DNA of 64,000 nt from Myxococcota bacterium (GTDB taxonomy: Bacteria > Myxococcota_A > UBA9160 > SZUA-336), in the NCBI GenBank assembly GCA_965247115.1, contig CBDFGR010000003.1:1792001-1856000 (forward strand), given 5' to 3'. Made by a program: the position numbers and the translations under genes. Below the pieces are notes generated by a model. The model was not told the origin of the DNA and did not search any database. It saw only the letters and a list, made by a program, of their open reading frames with translations. Below, one piece after another: positions 1-9,409 of the stretch. Every line of letters starts with the position of its first letter. The stretch's first letter is position 1.

Positions 1-2738
1 TCCGGAAGCGGGGAGGGCGTGCTGGAGCTGGCTCCAGAGAGCAGTCCACCCTGGAGAGCGGCGACCTGCCACAGGCCCTCGCGGCGGTCGAGCCCGAGGG
101 CCGCACAGGCGCCGATCTCGGCCAGCCGTTCGAGCTCGTCGCGCTGCAGCTCGGTGCGCTGGGCGAGATCGGAGACCGAGCAGAAGGGCGATTCCGCCGC
201 GATGCGGAGCCCCGCCTCCTCACGCAGACCGTCGACGTAGCGGAAGCCGAGACGCACGGCGCCATCCGCAGTCATGTGGCACAGCCAGTCGCTCGCTTGC
301 ACGTCGACCGGCAGCACGCGCACCCCGTGACGTTGGGCGTCCTTGACCAGGGTCGCGGGGCTGTAGAAGCCGAGCGGGTAGTTGTTGAGCATGGCGCAGA
401 GAAAGCAGCTCGGATGGTGTGCGTGGATGTAGGCGGAGGCATAGGCCAGTAGCGCGAAGCTCGCGGCGTGGCTCTCCGGAAATCCGTAGAGCGCGAACGA
501 GCCGATCTGCTTCACGATCTGTTCCTGCACCGCTCCCTCTATACCGTGCTCGCTCATACCCTGGCGCAGCCGTGCCAGGATCGAGTTCATGCGCTCGACG
601 GAGCGCTTGAAGCCCATGGCGCGGCGCAGCTCCTCCGCTTCGCCGCCGCTGAAGCCTGCGATCGTCATCGCCATCCGCAGCAGCTGTTCCTGGAACAGGG
701 GAACACCGAGGGTGCGTTCGAGTATGGGAGCGAGATCGGGGTGGGCGTAGGTCACATCTTCGCGCCCCGCACGGCGCTTGAGGTATGGGCGGACCATATC
801 GCCCGTGATCGGCCCTGGGCGGATGATGGCTACGGAAACGACGAGGTCGTAGAAGCAGGTGGGTTGCAAACGTGGAAGCGTCGCCATCTGTGCGCGGCTC
901 TCCACCTGAAAGACGCCCACGGTGTCCGCCTTCTGCAGCATGGCGTAGGTCTCGGGATCGTCAGGAGGAATGCGCGCAAGGTCGAGGTCGACGCCGTCGT
1001 TGACGCGGATTAGCGGGAGCACTTCTTCCAGCACCGCCATCATGCCGAGACCGAGCAGATCGATCTTGATGATGCCGAGGTCTGCGCAGTCCTCCTTGTC
1101 CCACTGCACCACGGTGCGTCCCGGCATGCGCGCGGGCTCGAGCGGAACCACTTCGTCCAGGCGTCCCCTGGAGATCACCATGCCTCCGGAGTGCTGGCCG
1201 AGGTGGCGCGGCAGGTGCTGGATCTCCGCGACCAGGCGCACGAGCTGACGGATGCGCGGGGCCTCCGAGTTCAGGCCGCCCTTCTCGAGCTGCTCCTCCA
1301 GCGCGTCGTGGTGGTCGATGTACTCGTGGCGCGAGATCAGCTTGGCCAGGCGGTCGATCTGCTCGGGCGCCAGGCTGAGGACCTTGCCCATCTCGCGCAC
1401 GGCGCTCTTCGGCCGATAGGTGATCACGTTCGCGGTCATGCCCGCGCCGTGCGGCCCGTATCGCTCGTAGGTGTACTGCAGGATCTCCTCGCGCCGATCA
1501 CCAGAGGGCAGGTCGATGTCGATGTCGGGCCACTCGCCGCGCTCTTCGGAGAGGAAGCGTTCGAAGAGCAGCCCGTAGCGCACGGGATCGATGGCCGTGA
1601 TACCGAGCGCGTAGCACACCAGGCTGTTGGCCGCGGAGCCACGGCCCTGACACAGAATCCCGCGCGCCCGGCACTCGCGCACGATGTCCCAGACGATCAG
1701 GAAATAGCCCTCGAGCTCGAGCCGCCCGATGATCTCGAGCTCGTGCTCCAGCTGCACGCGCACGTCCGCCGGGATCTTGCCTGCGAAACGCTCGCGCGCC
1801 CCCCGTTCGGAGAGCTGGCGGAGTACACCAGAGAGTGTCTCTCCTGGACCCAGGGGAAAGTCGGGAAAGTGGTAGCCGAGGTTCTCGAGTGTAAACTCGC
1901 AGCGCTCGGCCACGCGCAGCGAGTTCGTGAGCGCCTGGGGCAGGTCGTGGAACCGGCGCGCGAGCTCGTGCGTCGTGAGCAGGTGACGTTCGGCGTTGGG
2001 GAGCAGCAGGCGACCGGCACGGTCGAGCTCGGTCTTGTGCTTGAGGCAGGTGAGCGCGTCGAGCAGGCGCTTGCCGCCAGGCCGCGCGTGACGCACGTCT
2101 CCCGTGGCGAGGGGGGCGATCCCCGTCGCGAGCAGGGCTCGGTTGTGCCGCTCCTGGTCGGGATCGCGGTGCCGCTGGAGCTCCCCGAAGGCGTCCAGAC
2201 CGAACACGTCGCGCAGCGGTTGGGCGAGGGCTGGCTCGCGCACGATCGCGACCAGCCCTTCTCGGTGCTCGCGCAGAGCGTCCCAGCTGACGCGGCTGTG
2301 GGGCTTCTCGAAGTCGCGGTGCCCCAGCGTGAGCAGACGGGAGAGGTTGCGGTAGCCCTGGCGATCCTTCACGAGCAAATTGACACGTCCACCAGCCGGG
2401 GGCGGGTCCGTCTTGCCCGCCTTGCGGGTCCCGGCCCGCGGGCGGCCGCGGGCCACCCGCCTTCGCTCGGCTTCGCCTCGCTGCGCGCGCCGCGAGAGCG
2501 GCGCTTGCTGGTTGCCCTGCAGGGTTACGCGTGCGCCGATGATTGCGCGCAGGCCGTGTTTTTTGGCGGCGCTGTGAAAGCGTGGGATCCCGTAGAGACC
2601 GTCGACGTCGCTGAGCGCGAGCGTTCCGTGTCCGAGCTCTGCTGCGCGCTCTACGAGGTCCTCGGGAAGCGAGCTTCCCTCCAGGAAGCTGAACGCGCTG
2701 CGCATGCCGAGCTCAATGAAGTTAGTCGTAGATGCCAT
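1..2738 (-). CDS. dnaE2: Error-prone DNA polymerase III alpha subunit (DnaE2/ImuC); 3' end runs off the window
   Basis: Absent from the ORF track because the frame has no stop before position 1. Manual translation from ATG 2738 gives MASTTNFIELGMRSAFSFLEGSS..., GRGSAANS, PDIDIDL, HSGGMVI, YGFPESHAASFA. Overlaps the imuB stop. Confidence 0.95.
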   Translation of the reverse strand, partial: MASTTNFIELGMRSAFSFLEGSSLPEDLVERAAELGHGTLALSDVDGLYGIPRFHSAAKKHGLRAIIGARVTLQGNQQAPLSRRAQRGEAERRRVARGRPRAGTRKAGKTDPPPAGGRVNLLVKDRQGYRNLSRLLTLGHRDFEKPHSRVSWDALREHREGLVAIVREPALAQPLRDVFGLDAFGELQRHRDPDQERHNRALLATGIAPLATGDVRHARPGGKRLLDALTCLKHKTELDRAGRLLLPNAERHLLTTHELARRFHDLPQALTNSLRVAERCEFTLENLGYHFPDFPLGPGETLSGVLRQLSERGARERFAGKIPADVRVQLEHELEIIGRLELEGYFLIVWDIVRECRARGILCQGRGSAANSLVCYALGITAIDPVRYGLLFERFLSEERGEWPDIDIDLPSGDRREEILQYTYERYGPHGAGMTANVITYRPKSAVREMGKVLSLAPEQIDRLAKLISRHEYIDHHDALEEQLEKGGLNSEAPRIRQLVRLVAEIQHLPRHLGQHSGGMVISRGRLDEVVPLEPARMPGRTVVQWDKEDCADLGIIKIDLLGLGMMAVLEEVLPLIRVNDGVDLDLARIPPDDPETYAMLQKADTVGVFQVESRAQMATLPRLQPTCFYDLVVSVAIIRPGPITGDMVRPYLKRRAGREDVTYAHPDLAPILERTLGVPLFQEQLLRMAMTIAGFSGGEAEELRRAMGFKRSVERMNSILARLRQGMSEHGIEGAVQEQIVKQIGSFALYGFPESHAASFALLAYASAYIHAHHPSCFLCAMLNNYPLGFYSPATLVKDAQRHGVRVLPVDVQASDWLCHMTADGAVRLGFRYVDGLREEAGLRIAAESPFCSVSDLAQRTELQRDELERLAEIGACAALGLDRREGLWQVAALQGGLLSGASSSTPSPLP
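2421..2508. repeat. Dispersed ~90-bp palindromic repeat, copy inside the dnaE2 coding sequence
   Basis: Aligns by eye with the copies at 28594, 34046 and 35806. Confidence 0.85.
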
Positions 2739-4305
2739 CGATGAACCAGCTCTCGTCTTCCATGTTTCGATAGAGGCGGTAGACACCGCCGTCTGAGAGC
2801 TCCACGTCGTAGTAATCGCGTGCGAAGCGACTCTCTCCCCACCACTCTCCGAAGAGCCGCCAGGGGCCCGCGCACTGGAGTATCTGTCTTGTGGGACCCG
2901 GGCGGCCTTGTGGGGCCCGGCGCGCGGGCGGCCGCGCGCCACCCACCTCCGCTCGCCTCCGGCTCGCGGCGCTTGCGGGGGAGGCGTCCTCGATGGGCGT
3001 GATCTGCTCGGGCCGTTCTGCCCCTCGGACCCGCACCGGTCGTGGTGGCCGCAGGGATCGGAATGCAAGGGTGGCGCGGCCGGGGGGATCCGCATCGCAG
3101 AGGATGGAGGCGCCGTCTCTGGTAGACGCTTTTCGGTCGAGCACGAAGCTCTCCACGCGCGCGGCGTCGAGCTGGTGGGTGTCGCGTACGCCGGGGGCGC
3201 CGATCTGTCCCTGTCCGCACAGTGCCTCGAGGCGGGCGACGGTCAGGGCGAGCTCGGCCGGCTCGGGAAGCGGGGGGAGAAAGAAGTCGAGCTGGACCGC
3301 CTCCAGGTCGCCGGGGGTCGCGATCGCACGAGCGCGTTCCACCGGCTCCGGCGGAGGATCTCGCTCGAGCACGAGCCGCGCGAGCGAGACGAGCACGGGA
3401 ACTTCCAGCGTCGGCGCGGCCAGCTCCATGTCGCGCGCGTGAGTCTGACCGCCCTCGAGCACCAGCTCGAGCCGCAGCTTGCGGACCGCCAACCCGCGCA
3501 CTCGCAGCCTGCGCGTAAGGCGATCCAGTACCCCGCGCAGCAGGAATCCCAGCGCGTCGAGGTTGTCGATCCCGTACTCGGACTCGGCACCCTCTTCGAA
3601 GCGCAGTACGGCGGGTGTGGGACGGAACGGCTGCAGGTCCTCGCCGCACGCGCGCCGTACGAGCTTGATGCCTTCCTCGCCAAGCCGTGCCCCGGTTGGT
3701 CCCCGGGGCAGCTGCGCGAGCTCTCCGAGCGTGCGCACGCCCCAGCGCCAGAGCCGGTCGACCTCCTGCTCGGGTGGATCGAGCAGGTCGAGCGGCAACG
3801 GATTCAGGAAGGCGGCGACCTCCTCGCGCTTCACGATCCTTCCACCCCCGCAGTGTCGCGCCGCCAGCTCCGCCACCGTCCGCGTCGGCCCGACGCCGAG
3901 CCGCGTCTGCTCCAGTCCCACGTCGGTAAGCCGCGCTTCGAGAGCGGTCAGCAGGCCCCGCTCCGTCGGGAACAGCGCCCCCGTCCCGTCGAGATCGAGA
4001 AACGCCACTCCCTCGCGTGCCTTCTCCACCCGCGGACTGACCGAGCTCGCCACGTCGAGCAGCGCCTGCTCCGCAGAGCGAATGCCCTCGAGAGAGAGCG
4101 TGCACACCTGCAGGTCCGGCTCCACGGCCTTCGCCTGGGTTACCGTTATCCCCCGCATCCAGCCCGCCACGATCGGCGGGCTCTGGGTCCGGCCTCGCGG
4201 TCGGGTCTCGATGATCGCCAGCGGCTTGCCCCGCAGCTCCGGATCCCCCCGCAAGGCCGCCGCGAGCGGCAAGTCCTGTATGTGCAAGCATGCGACCCGT
4301 TCCAT
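2722..4305 (-). CDS. imuB: ImuB, inactive Y-family polymerase-like mutasome subunit
   Basis: Y-family-like N-terminus, QLDFF clamp-binding-like motif, C-terminal GPWRLFGEWW...RDYYDV...WFIDGIYD; directly upstream of dnaE2. Confidence 0.92.
   Translation of the reverse strand: MERVACLHIQDLPLAAALRGDPELRGKPLAIIETRPRGRTQSPPIVAGWMRGITVTQAKAVEPDLQVCTLSLEGIRSAEQALLDVASSVSPRVEKAREGVAFLDLDGTGALFPTERGLLTALEARLTDVGLEQTRLGVGPTRTVAELAARHCGGGRIVKREEVAAFLNPLPLDLLDPPEQEVDRLWRWGVRTLGELAQLPRGPTGARLGEEGIKLVRRACGEDLQPFRPTPAVLRFEEGAESEYGIDNLDALGFLLRGVLDRLTRRLRVRGLAVRKLRLELVLEGGQTHARDMELAAPTLEVPVLVSLARLVLERDPPPEPVERARAIATPGDLEAVQLDFFLPPLPEPAELALTVARLEALCGQGQIGAPGVRDTHQLDAARVESFVLDRKASTRDGASILCDADPPGRATLAFRSLRPPRPVRVRGAERPEQITPIEDASPASAASRRRAEVGGARPPARRAPQGRPGPTRQILQCAGPWRLFGEWWGESRFARDYYDVELSDGGVYRLYRNMEDESWFIDGIYD
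2888..2976. repeat. Dispersed palindromic repeat, copy inside the imuB coding sequence
   Basis: cttgtgggacccgg...gccacccacctccgctcg...cgcggcgcttgc matches the family. Confidence 0.85.
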
Positions 4306-4354
4306 CTGATCTGCCTCTTTCGAGGATTTCGTCTTGCTTCCGAGGGAAACTCCT

Positions 4355-4385
4355 ATTTTCGCTATTTATTCGCTATTGAGTCAAG
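4355..4385 (-). promoter_or_regulatory. Putative sigma70 promoter overlapped by a CGAA-N7-CGAA direct-repeat operator, upstream of imuB-dnaE2
   Basis: Minus strand reads cTTGACtcaatagCGAAtaaatagCGAAaat; a near-identical motif lies upstream of imuA (17288-17317). Confidence 0.65.
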
Positions 4386-4415
4386 CGGCCTCTGCAGCTC
4401 GCCGTTAGAGCAGCT

Positions 4416-5180
4416 ATGACGCAATTCTCTGGACGCCAGCTGCTCGGGAGCGCTGCCGTGGTGGGGGTCTCAGTGATCGCCGGGAGCGTGCTGGTCGCGC
4501 TGTCTCTTTCCAAGGTGAGCTACCAGCTCGATCGCTCCGCGGTTCGTCTCGACGAGATCCGCTCGGTCGTGGCGGAGGCCAAGCAGGCCCTCGACACGCC
4601 ACGTGCGGCACCCCAGGCGGCTCGAAGGCCACAGAATCCGGATCCCAACCGTCGCTTCAGCGTCAAGACCGAGGGCGCGCCCAGCATCGGCCCGAAGACA
4701 GCTGCGATCACCGTCGTCGGGTTCTCCGACTTTCAATGACCCTTCTGCAAGAGGGTCGGTCCGACCCTCAAGCAGATCGAGAAGGAGTACGGCGACCAGG
4801 TCCGTATCGTCTTCAAGCACCAGCCGCTCAGCATGCATCCGAAGGCACCCGCCGCGCACGCCGCGGCAGAGGCCGCCTTCCGCCAGGGCAAGTTCTGGGA
4901 GATGCACGACAAGATCTTCCAGTACCAGCAACAGATGAGCCCCGCGAAATACGTGCAGTACGCGACGGAGCTCGGGCTCGATATCGAGCGCTTCAACAAG
5001 GACCTTGCTTCCGCCGAGGTCAAGAAGCGCATCGATGAAGACGTGAATGAGGCCGCCAGACTCGGCTCGACCGGAACGCCCGCCTTCTACGTGAACGGCA
5101 GGTACGTGCGGGGCGCGAAGCCTTTCGAGGCCTTCAAGCAGATCATCGACGCGGAGCTGGCCGCCAAGAACAAGAGCTGA
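4416..5180 (+). CDS. Membrane-anchored DsbA-family thioredoxin-fold protein, probable selenoprotein (Sec at TGA 4737-4739)
   Basis: ORFs 4416-4739 and 4833-5180 are in one frame. Readthrough gives FSDFQ-U-PFCKRV (UxxC in place of CxxC), KHQPLSMH and GTPAFYVNG. Confidence 0.85.
4751..4769 (+). promoter_or_regulatory. Putative bacterial SECIS hairpin
   Basis: GAGGGTCG-GTC-CGACCCTC: 8-bp stem starting 11 nt after the UGA, with G in the apical loop. Confidence 0.7.
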
Positions 5181-5247
5181 GCTCGCCCCACGTTCCGCCG
5201 CCTTCCCCTTACACCCCTGCTGTACGGTCGAGCGGTACAATCCCGCC

Positions 5248-5802
5248 GTGGCAGGGATGGATCAGAAGCACCTACAAGACAGGTTGGCTGAGCTCTGCGC
5301 GGCGCGCACCGAGCACGGGGATCAGGAGCTCGGTCTGCTGGCGTGCAGGGAAGCGCTGGGCGCAGCTGCGAGGGGAAACTACGGCGTCGGGGCGGTCCTG
5401 ATCGATCCCAAGGGAGCAGTGATCGAGCGAGGTCAGAACGAGGCCTTCTATCCGAACTTTCGGAGCGATCGCCACGCCGAGATGGTGGTGATGAACGCCT
5501 TCGAGGCGCGCTGCCCGAGGCTCGACAACATGCGGGGCTACACGCTCGTCTCCTCGCTCGAGCCCTGTCCGATGTGCCTCGCGCGCCTGTTGATCACCGG
5601 CGTGGAGACTGTGAAGTTTCTGGCGCTGGACGAGCTCGGGGGAATGGCGACGCACCTGCACCAGCTGCCGACCGCCTGGGAACGTCTCGGACAGCGGGTG
5701 GAGTTCGTCCTGGCGGACGTCTCCGAAGAGCTGCGGCAGCTCGCCCTGGACGCTTTTCTTCTCAACTTGGAGCAGCTGCGGAACAAGCTCTACTCACGCT
5801 AG
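5248..5802 (+). CDS. Zinc-dependent nucleoside/nucleobase deaminase (TadA/CDA fold)
   Basis: HAE...EPCPMC motif. Confidence 0.85.
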   Translation: MAGMDQKHLQDRLAELCAARTEHGDQELGLLACREALGAAARGNYGVGAVLIDPKGAVIERGQNEAFYPNFRSDRHAEMVVMNAFEARCPRLDNMRGYTLVSSLEPCPMCLARLLITGVETVKFLALDELGGMATHLHQLPTAWERLGQRVEFVLADVSEELRQLALDAFLLNLEQLRNKLYSR

Positions 5803-5908
5803 TGAGTCCTTGGGCTGCGAGTGCTCGGAGTAGACGTCGCTTCGCGGGGGCCGAGAAGCGCGCGAGTGCTGGGGGTATACTCTCGGGAGCACCAGCCAGG
5901 GGAGCGAC

Positions 5909-7087
5909 GTGGATTTCACTTTTACCGCAGACGAGGAGGTCTATCGGGCCGAGGTACGGGCCTGGATGGTGGAGAACAAGCCCGACTGGTCTGAAAGCGG
6001 ATCCGAGGTCGAGCCGAGCAACGAGTTCGAGCGCCACCGGGCCTGGCATCAGAAGCTCTACGACGCCGGCTACGTCGGGGCGTCCTGGCCAGTGGAGTAC
6101 GGCGGGCAGGGGCGCACGCAGATCGAGAACGCGATCCTGCAGGAAGAGCTCGTGAAGAGCGGCGCCCCGGGAACCGTGAACGGCCTGGGTATCGGGCTTT
6201 GCGGACCCGCGCTTATCCATCACGGCACCGACGCTCAGCGCAAGCGCTTCCTTCGCCCCATGCTGCGGGCCGAAGAGATGTGGTGCCAGGGCTACTCGGA
6301 GCCCGGCGCCGGATCGGACCTCGCCAACGTCCAGACGCGCGCGGAGCTTGTGGGCGACCACTACGTGGTGAACGGTCAGAAGATCTGGACCTCTGGTGCA
6401 CACCTGGCGGATTGGAACTTCTGTCTCGTGCGCACGGACCCGGACGCGGTGAAGCACGGGGGCATCGGTTTCCTGCTGATCGACATGCACAGCCCCGGAG
6501 TCGAGGTGCAGCCGATCGTTCAGATCAACCGCGCCACCGGCTTCTCGCAGGTCTTCTACACGAACGTCGAGGTGCCGGCGGAGAACATGGTCGGAAAGCC
6601 GACCGAGGGTTGGAAAGTGGCCAACACCGTTCTGGGTTATGAGCGGGGCGCTGGTCTCCTTTCACAATCGGCCGGATTCCGTCGCCAGCTAGGCGCACTG
6701 ATCGAGCTGTCGCGCAGCGAGCGAGCCGGTGGCGCCTCGAAGGACCCGAACGTGCGTCAGGACCTGGCGCGGCACGCGATCGACGTCGAGATCCTGCGCT
6801 TGAACGGAATGCGTCAGCTGACACGACTCGCTCAGGGGGAGTCGCACGGTCCGGAGTCGAGCATTTCCAAGATCTACTGGTCGGAGCTCGACCAGCGCCT
6901 GGCGCGCACGGCCAACGACATGCTGGGGCCGTACGGCCAGCTCGATCATCTGACTCACCTTGCGCCCGAGGACGGCCATTGGAGCCACCGCGAGATCTCG
7001 TCGCGAGCGGGCTCGATCTACTCGGGGACGAACCAGATCCAACGAAACATCATCTCGGAACGCGTGCTGGGACTGCCTCGGCGCTAG
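5909..7087 (+). CDS. Acyl-CoA dehydrogenase family protein
   Basis: WCQGYSEPGAGSDLA, NGQKIWTS, IYSGTNQIQRNII. Confidence 0.95.
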   Translation: MDFTFTADEEVYRAEVRAWMVENKPDWSESGSEVEPSNEFERHRAWHQKLYDAGYVGASWPVEYGGQGRTQIENAILQEELVKSGAPGTVNGLGIGLCGPALIHHGTDAQRKRFLRPMLRAEEMWCQGYSEPGAGSDLANVQTRAELVGDHYVVNGQKIWTSGAHLADWNFCLVRTDPDAVKHGGIGFLLIDMHSPGVEVQPIVQINRATGFSQVFYTNVEVPAENMVGKPTEGWKVANTVLGYERGAGLLSQSAGFRRQLGALIELSRSERAGGASKDPNVRQDLARHAIDVEILRLNGMRQLTRLAQGESHGPESSISKIYWSELDQRLARTANDMLGPYGQLDHLTHLAPEDGHWSHREISSRAGSIYSGTNQIQRNIISERVLGLPRR

Positions 7088-7093
7088 GGCCCG

Positions 7094-7786
7094 ATGCCCA
7101 TCGCGCGAGCATTCAACCGCACGTCCGAGTACTACGACGCGTGGATGAAGCAGGCCCTGCCTCGGTACGAGGAGTTGTTCTCGACGGCCGTAGAGCTCAT
7201 GGCCCTTCCCGCAGAGGGCGAGCTGCGAGTCCTGGAGCTCGGCGCGGGAACCGGCCTGTTCTCCGAGCGCGTGCTGCAGAAGTTCCCGCACGCGAGCTTC
7301 GTACTCTACGACGTCGCTGACGAGCTGCTCGAGCTAGCACGGACGCGCTTCTCACCGCATGCGGAACACTTCGAGTTTGTGCTCGACGACTACATGAACC
7401 TGAGCGAGAGCGACGCGTTCGACCTCGTCATCTCGAGCCTCTCGATCCACCACCTGGAGCACGCGAGCAAGCGCGACCTGTTTTCCCGCATCCACCGTGC
7501 GCTCAAGCCCGACGGGATCTTCATCAACGTGGATCAGATCCGGGCAGATACGGAGCTGCTGAGACAGCTGTACTGGTCGGACTGGCTCGAGAAGGTGCGG
7601 AAGGGCGGGGCGGAGGAGGAGCGCATTCAGGAGAGCGTGGAGCGGCGGCGGGAGTACGACAGGGATGCCTCGCTCGTGGAGCAGCTCGAGTGGCTCAAGG
7701 GCGCCGGATTTGCGGACGTAGACTGCGTGTACAAGAGCTACTTCGTCGGGGTGTTCCTGGCGGCAAAGCGCTCAGGGGCAGAATGA
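7094..7786 (+). CDS. Class I SAM-dependent methyltransferase
   Basis: VLELGAGTG, SSLSIHHL. Confidence 0.9.
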   Translation: MPIARAFNRTSEYYDAWMKQALPRYEELFSTAVELMALPAEGELRVLELGAGTGLFSERVLQKFPHASFVLYDVADELLELARTRFSPHAEHFEFVLDDYMNLSESDAFDLVISSLSIHHLEHASKRDLFSRIHRALKPDGIFINVDQIRADTELLRQLYWSDWLEKVRKGGAEEERIQESVERRREYDRDASLVEQLEWLKGAGFADVDCVYKSYFVGVFLAAKRSGAE

Positions 7787-8268
7787 CATTGACGGTGGGC
7801 GCAGGGAAGCGGACGGTCGGCGTCATCTCCGACACGCACGGCCTGGTGCGCCCGGAAGCCGTCGTGGCTCTGCGGGGCTGTGATCTCCTCATCCATGCCG
7901 GAGACGTCGGCAAGCCCGACGTGCTACGCGAGCTACGCGAGCTCGCGCCGCTCGTGGCCGTGCGTGGCAACGTGGACACGGGCGCCTGGGCCGAGTCGCT
8001 CGCGACGACCGAAGTCGTCGAGGTCGACGAGCAGCTCGTGTACGTGCTTCACGATCTCGGCCGTATTGAGCTCGATCCGGCCGCGGCGGGCTTTCGAGTA
8101 GTGATCAGCGGCCATTCCCATCAGCCGGAGATAGAGGAGCGAGACGGGGTGCTCTACCTGAATCCCGGTAGCGCGGGTCCGCGGCGCTTCGATCTGCCGA
8201 TCAGCCTCGGGCGCCTCGAGCTCGATGGGAGCGAGGCCCGTGCGGAGCTTGTTGAGCTCGTTCCCTGA
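7783..8268 (+). CDS. Metallophosphoesterase (YfcE/MJ0936-like)
   Basis: ISDTHG, HAGD, RGNVD, GHSH, NPGS; ATG 7783 overlaps the upstream stop. Confidence 0.9.
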   Translation: MTLTVGAGKRTVGVISDTHGLVRPEAVVALRGCDLLIHAGDVGKPDVLRELRELAPLVAVRGNVDTGAWAESLATTEVVEVDEQLVYVLHDLGRIELDPAAAGFRVVISGHSHQPEIEERDGVLYLNPGSAGPRRFDLPISLGRLELDGSEARAELVELVP

Positions 8269-8343
8269 GATGAGACATCTTCGGGGCTGACATCCCGCTG
8301 CGCGCGCCTGTAGACTCGAACAGGTCGGTGCCAGGCCACGAGG

Positions 8344-8733
8344 GTGAAGCCGATGACAACTTCTGACGAACGCCCTGGAGTGTGGATCGGCCACGTGATG
8401 TTGCCGACGACCGACGTATCCAAGTCCAGTGAGTGCCTGCGCAAGCTGGGTTGCCGGCCGATCGAGCAGACTGAAGGCATCGCGATCCTGGAGCTGCGCG
8501 GGGGAACACACCTCTTGCTGCTAAAGAGCGATCGATCCATCCCCTCGGGAGCCAGAGCTCCCTTCGATCTGATGGTCGACGACGTTGACCTCGCTCACAA
8601 GGAGTGTACCGAGCTCGGCCTCTCTCCCTCGGAGATCAAGGACGTCCAGTTCCATCGCGCCTTCACGATCGTGGAACCGGCCGGCCACGAGATCACGATC
8701 AACTCCACACACGTCTCAAATAGGCCGGTCTAA
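8344..8733 (+). CDS. VOC/glyoxalase family protein
   Basis: IGHVML...FDLMVDDVD...EPAGHEI pattern. Confidence 0.7.
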   Translation: MKPMTTSDERPGVWIGHVMLPTTDVSKSSECLRKLGCRPIEQTEGIAILELRGGTHLLLLKSDRSIPSGARAPFDLMVDDVDLAHKECTELGLSPSEIKDVQFHRAFTIVEPAGHEITINSTHVSNRPV

Positions 8734-8740
8734 CTTCGCT

Positions 8741-9220
8741 CTAGCGATTTGATCTGCGCCTGCTGGGGCGGTCGAGCTTGCGGTCGATGCGCTGCCCCTT
8801 TCGGTCAAGGTGGCGGTCGATCCGTTCTCCTTTGCGGTCGAGGTGCCGGTCTATGCGCTCGCCTCTGCGGTCTAGCTGCCGGTCGCGCCGGTCGCCGCGC
8901 CAGTCCAGGCGCTGCTCGATGCGATCTCCCTTGCGGTCCAGCCGCTCGGCGAGCTCGTCGTGCCCAGCGTCCGCTGCCCGTTCCGCCTTGCGGTCCAGCC
9001 GCTCGTCGATGCGCTCACCCTTGCGATCCAGTTTGATGTCTATCCGATCGCCCTTTTCGTCGAGGTACTCCTCCGCGCGATCCCCTCGTCGGTCCAGGCG
9101 CGTCTCGATCCGATCTCCCCTTCGATCGAGCCGCTCCTCGATCGGCTCATCCGCCTCCACAGCCGGCGCGAAACAGATTGCCGCCGCAGTCACCAACACA
9201 TAGAAGTTTCCATTGCGCAT
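8741..9220 (-). CDS. Secreted, highly charged protein with ~11-residue repeats (RLDRKGERID)
   Basis: N-terminal signal-peptide-like segment followed by about 10 repeats. Confidence 0.75.
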   Translation of the reverse strand: MRNGNFYVLVTAAAICFAPAVEADEPIEERLDRRGDRIETRLDRRGDRAEEYLDEKGDRIDIKLDRKGERIDERLDRKAERAADAGHDELAERLDRKGDRIEQRLDWRGDRRDRQLDRRGERIDRHLDRKGERIDRHLDRKGQRIDRKLDRPSRRRSNR

Positions 9221-9409
9221 CGCCGCTATCTCCTGGTTTCTGAGCCATCCCTCATACGCCGTTCAACCGCCAACTCTTCGCTCGGTTGCGCGACCCGCGT
9301 TCCGTAGGGCGTGGAGAGGATGGGGCAGCTATCCTGGTTGTGTGACCAAGAACTGGGCGCAAGTGTGGCTTCTTCCCCCGGGCACCGTCCGGCGAGAAGA
9401 GAGCCGGCC

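Noticed and set aside
468..2744. Long plus-strand ORFs (468-1013, 1191-2744) and similar ones elsewhere (13338-15440, 52923-54512, 54308-56422, the 5' part of 57695-60274)
   Set aside because: Antisense shadows of real minus-strand genes in high-GC DNA, with no recognisable motifs
4416..5180. Two separate genes, or a DsbA pseudogene
   Set aside because: The stop falls exactly on the catalytic Cys codon and is followed by a SECIS-like hairpin, so Sec readthrough explains it better
5248..8268. Deaminase, methyltransferase and phosphoesterase as an anti-phage defence system
   Set aside because: Ordinary metabolic families interleaved with an acyl-CoA dehydrogenase; no nuclease, defence ATPase or mobility context
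8760..9140. 33-bp DNA periodicity as a CRISPR or other non-coding repeat
   Set aside because: Explained by the 11-aa protein repeat with degenerate codons
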